Shown piece after piece: positions 59,376 through 64,000 of a DNA stretch of 64,000 bases. Source of the DNA: Kudoa neothunni (Eukaryota; Animalia; Cnidaria); NCBI GenBank assembly GCA_964304625.1, contig OZ199838.1, positions 10,655,637-10,719,636 of the forward strand, given 5' to 3'. The first letter of the stretch is position 1. Each line of letters opens with the position of its first letter. The notes under the pieces were generated by a model. It ran no database searches and was not told the origin of the DNA. It worked only from the letters and a program-made list of their open reading frames with translations. The translations under genes and the position numbers were made by a program.

Positions 59376-60633
59376 TATTTTTAGCTTTTAGTGATTAGAG
59401 AGATAAACGCTTAAACAGTGGATTATTGTTGGGTTCAACCGAAAGTATAACGTTACGACATATATCCAACAAAGTAGACGCAAACCTTTATCCAAATGTA
59501 TTAGTTATATACTTGCATAAAAAATGAAAAGAATACTCAGAATATTTTTACCATTTTGTTAGTTATATACGATGTATCAATATAAGGTTTGTAAAGCAAC
59601 CTAAAGTTCAACAAATAATCCCCTTTTAAATATATTTGCAGAGGTTTGATGATCAATCTATATTGCAACCAATCTATTATCCTAATGTTTTAATGGATTA
59701 TAATTATCTTGCGATTGCTCCACATTAAACTAGCCAAAAAACAAGTTGGTTGTTGGATGAATTAATAATTCATGTAACTGATAAATACCACAAAATTTAG
59801 AGCATTAACATATAATATTTTGATTGTTGAAATGAAGATATTATAATCAAAGAAAATTTACGATATTGAACTTTTTCAGACCGATATTTGAACAGTCTAC
59901 TTGATATTAATTTGGCAAAACACTCAAATCATAGGCCAACCGAGAGTTTCTGACAATAGGACTGAAACAAGATTTATTTGTTCTTAACCCCATCGATTAT
60001 AATAATTACTATCTTGATACATATATGTAAAATTATTTTCAATTTCTTAAAATAACTAATTTGGCAGGTTAATACTGCTGTATTTAGCGAAGTTAACATC
60101 CTTATTCTATGGGTAGATTTTTACCCAGTCAGTTGTAATGGATCTGAAATGTATAGCTTGAGGGAAGATTACTAAACGATTTGGTAAGACTGGAAATGTT
60201 TAAGCAATAGTTCTTGGCCTGGACTCCATTCCCTCCTGGTTGGTGTGGGAGCTTGCTTCATGACGCGTTTCGACAAATTTCCGTTTTATCCATATTGAAA
60301 ATATGGATAAAAGAGGTGTAATTTTTGGATTAAAATGGAGAAAATAACTTTAACAAATGATCAGATTTAAAAGAATGATTTATATAAATTAATGCCATAT
60401 AATAATCGTCCATGAGTAATTTCTTATTTTAGTTCATACTTTTTTTACTTTTAATTCAACAATATATTTCCCAAAATATATTTCAATATTTGTAAATAAG
60501 GATTTTGAATATTGAAACAAATTTAAATTTAATAACATCTTAACCTACTTTTAAGTTAATGCGGTTTTTAATGTATCGCGTAATTAATGAATTGGGTAAA
60601 GAATGCTGAACTTAACTATTTATCATAAAACTA

Positions 60634-60720
60634 CCGTATTTATTAGGGTATAACGCCCAACATTTATTCCCTAAAAAAGAATTCAAAGTTTTCGTGCGCG
60701 TTATACTCGAATAAATACGA
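60634..60720. mobile_element. 87-bp pogo/Tigger-like MITE
   Basis: TA-CCGTATTTATTAGGGTATAACGC / GCGTTATACTCGAATAAATACG inverted ends. Confidence 0.7.
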
Positions 60721-62656
60721 TGACTCAAGAGTAACAGGAACAAGTCTTTGTAGTTTCTGATAATTAATCGGATTTTGAAACATTTTTAACAAATAATTGA
60801 AATTTCATTTCGATGTTTTTTTCATATCAGGTGTTTAGAAAATCTATTATCAACACTTATTTCAAGTATCGAGATACTTTTTCCCCTGGAATCGAGACTT
60901 CTTGGGTACCACTTTGAAGATTAATGTATTAAGTTGCTGGGTCTGTGTCAAGGGTCTCCAAACTTTTTTTCCGTCGACCCCCTTCCGAAGATGTTAATAA
61001 AAATATAAAAGTATTTTCAGCTTTTCGATCGGAATAAGTAGAAATATCTGAAATGGATCCCATTATTATTCATTTCCAATATATAAAAAGTGCAATGCTA
61101 TACTGATTGTAATACAGCAGCGGCAGGCGATAGAGACACAGATCTCTAACTAATAATATCCCTCGTTCCGCGATGACGAATGATAATAATATTAAAGTTA
61201 TTTTAATAAAATCGCAAATACAAACAATAATCCATTTGTGTTCAATCATTTAAAAAATTTTATTTTTGTTTTTTAAGGTGCCATAATGGTTGGACATAGA
61301 AGATATGTCTGGTGCTTTATAGTAACAAATTTGGCTGCTTTGGGGGAAATATTGTGGACGTATTTAATTATTTCATGTTTTTATTTAATTTTTTTTCAGT
61401 TCATCTAATTCTTTCGAACATTAAAAATAATCCATTTATTTTTTTCGAAAACGTTCCGAAAAAAGTGCGTAAATCCGGTCACTGACTATACTACATATAA
61501 AATTAAACCCTAATAAATAAAATACAAGTTTTAAAATTTGCACGTGCGTTCACCAACAAAATAACAGGGACATTTTCAAAGTTTATTTCATATTCAAATA
61601 AATAAAAACTAACGTGATATGTGTGGTTGGTGACTTCATATTACAGCTACAATACCTGGATATTGTTCATTAGTCAAAGCAAGCATGGGTCATTCACTTT
61701 CTGTGGTTTCAATTACGACAGAACAACATGATCCCTGGTATCGCAAAATGCTTGCTATGCAGAAAATTTTAAAAGGAAAAAAGACAAAACGATAGAAATT
61801 TTTGATGAAATTCGGGCTCTTGCATTCGAAAACGAACTCAGATTCTTGAAACACCGCTACCATCATTCTGTGGGATTTTAACAAAATAAAAGATTTAAAA
61901 TCTTTATTATTACAATTATTCTAAATTTAGGTACTTTTTATGAGCATAATAATTAATTAAAATGGACAAAATTGTTCATATTCGACATCGCCAAACATAT
62001 CGGCATCATTTATTTAAATTTCGATGCGTATAACAAATTTTCGTATGTATTCCTGCCGCAGAACCCCGGTTGAAAACCGCTGGTTTAAGAGCTAATATTG
62101 GCGTCGTTTTCAATATTGCTTCCGCTCCATGCCTTGGTTGGTTTTTGAAAAACTTTATTATTTCGCATTTCTCTTTTAATTTCCTGACTCAATTTTTATT
62201 TCTGTCCCCCATTTTGCCACTAATCGAAAACTAAAATCTCAACGCACCTGAAAAGTTACGAACCACGCGTCACTACAAAATAATCCGTAAAATACATAAT
62301 TTAAAAATAATTTATTTATATTCTTAATGGTCAAATAAATGCTTTTGAATGGTTTGAGAAATAAATAAATAATTTTAATCTTTTGTGGGCGTTAATTTTG
62401 TAACATTTTATCAGATTACGAACCACATTACGCTACAAACCACATGTCACCCATTGTATCTAAGTAACATTATACCTCAATAAAATTTTATAATAGCGTC
62501 AATGCACTTGTAAGTAAAAATATCTTTATTTAATTTAGTATAAATAAATTAAAATAATTGATAAATCCAAAACTTTTCACAACTATCATACTAATAACTG
62601 AATAATCTAAATATTTCTAGCTAGGTTAGAGGAAAATACCTTTTGAAGGTTGGCGA

Positions 62657-64000
62657 TCAAGTTTTCTTTTTGAAAACCACGAATCCAGTAGAAGCTACAA
62701 TTATAGCTGCTACCACAATTATTCTAAAATAATATTAATTCAATTAAAACCGAATAATAAATTAATACATGACCATAGTTTTAGAGCTAAATAAAAAATC
62801 AATATATTAAAAAATATTAATTAAAAAACCTTGAACTGCTCTTAGCTTCTAAAAGTAACACTCCATCATTATCGAATAAATAATGTTTCACCTTGTTCAA
62901 TAGTTGCCGTCCCATAGACTGTTGCATCGGTAGAACTGTATACAGTCAAATGATAGTTGTTGCCATCCGCTAATCCACCGATAATGTATGATTTGCATGA
63001 GGGGAACGTTCTACATCCAGCATCACTTGGACCCATGCATTTTTTAATAATTTCCATCGATTTGGCACTCGAATTTCGTAATTCTCATTTACATTTGGAA
63101 TTTTCATTAGGACTTGATGGAAGGGTATTCTCAACCGTGAACGATTCACCATTTCTTGTTATTTGCACGTATATTATTTTGTCATTTTCGATAGGATTTC
63201 CCTTTGGGGCAGCTATTTACGACGAGTTTAAATTTTTACACGATCGCAAATATTTTACTAGCTATTAACGTGATCTCTTTTGGATCCGATTTTCCCGCTG
63301 CAGTAATAATCACTTTATACTTTTCTTTTGCATCATAGTTGTTGAATTTAATAATGCTGCACAAAGGAAATGAGGAACATGTGTTTGAACTGGCAGGTGT
63401 GACATTTGGATCAGTTTTAGTTTGTTGATTAAATTCAGCTCTCGCGATTTTTAATCCATTTTCTTTCAGTTGTAGACTAGAAAGTTGACTGGTTACAGCA
63501 TTTTATTGAATGGAGCTAGGATTAGGTTTAACTGATGTGCTTGCTGGAATATTCGGAGCAGCTGCTTGTGTCTCTGGTGCCATGCAGGTGTAAGCTTCTT
63601 CAAACTTGTCAACTTTCCTAATTTTGATTGTATAGTGACAAATGGCTTCAGGGATATTTTTGGACAATTGTGCATTCAACTCCAACCCATGCTTCGTATA
63701 TTTTAGATTTATTGCCAAGGTTGCAAGATCTAGATCGAATTAAGGAAATCAGTCCACCAAGAAATATGCTCGTTTTAACATCTGTATATATGTGTTCTTT
63801 GTAGTCCTTATCAGCAACGACCCTAATGTCGTAATGAGTGTTTGGTTAAAGGTCAATAATAGTTGTTGGATCTCTACATCTTCCTCGACAAGAATTGGTT
63901 TCAGTACATTTAGCGGTGTAAAATGTGTTTTTTCCTGCTGGAATTATGTAATACTCACAATTTCGCCGATGTTTCATATCGCCTCCTGCAGTACCTCCAA
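62657..64000 (-). pseudogene. Tandem FN3-like Cys-containing single-pass membrane protein, 5' end outside window, three in-frame stops
   Basis: Domain-sized exons with phase-1 introns; DL*PNTHYDIRVVA, GLADGNNYHLTVYS; repeated C-x-(Y/W)..C..C..FP.C; TM IIVVAAIIVASTGFVVF then KKKT*. Confidence 0.65.

Noticed and set aside
60949-62081. Single hAT element from CAAGGGTCTCCAAAC to GTTGAAAACCGCTG
   Set aside because: Ends and flanks match poorly; probably separate decayed fragments.
62657-64000. Stop-codon reassignment or programmed readthrough
   Set aside because: TAA terminates KSR, KIF11, GAPDH and TNFAIP8 here; the stops are of two types and come with a damaged donor, so pseudogenisation is simpler.

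Overview
AT-rich eukaryotic (animal) genomic DNA with many ~30-60 nt introns and strongly divergent proteins; a reduced parasite such as a myxozoan is my best inference, not established. Host genes: TNFAIP8/TIPE-like (+), a KSR-type pseudokinase (-), Elongin B with an acidic tail (-), NUP214 (-), kinesin-5 (-), GAPDH (-), a small cupin (-), and a stop-codon-interrupted FN3-like membrane protein gene running off the right edge (-). A U17/snR30-type H/ACA snoRNA, invisible to the ORF track, lies divergent from Elongin B and is followed by a second, unidentified structured segment. Much of the rest is transposon-derived: a tRNA-headed SINE, a piggyBac nested in and hosting hAT-type elements, a complete but disabled BEL/Pao LTR element, two Mutator copies, a Helitron with its empty site in the same window, and Merlin-, pogo- and hAT-type MITEs. 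A perfect 194-bp inverted duplication lies downstream of GAPDH. I found no clear novel multi-gene system; the ncRNA locus at 21.6-22.25 kb is the best lead. Exon models, alignments and reference motifs were worked out by eye or recalled from memory.
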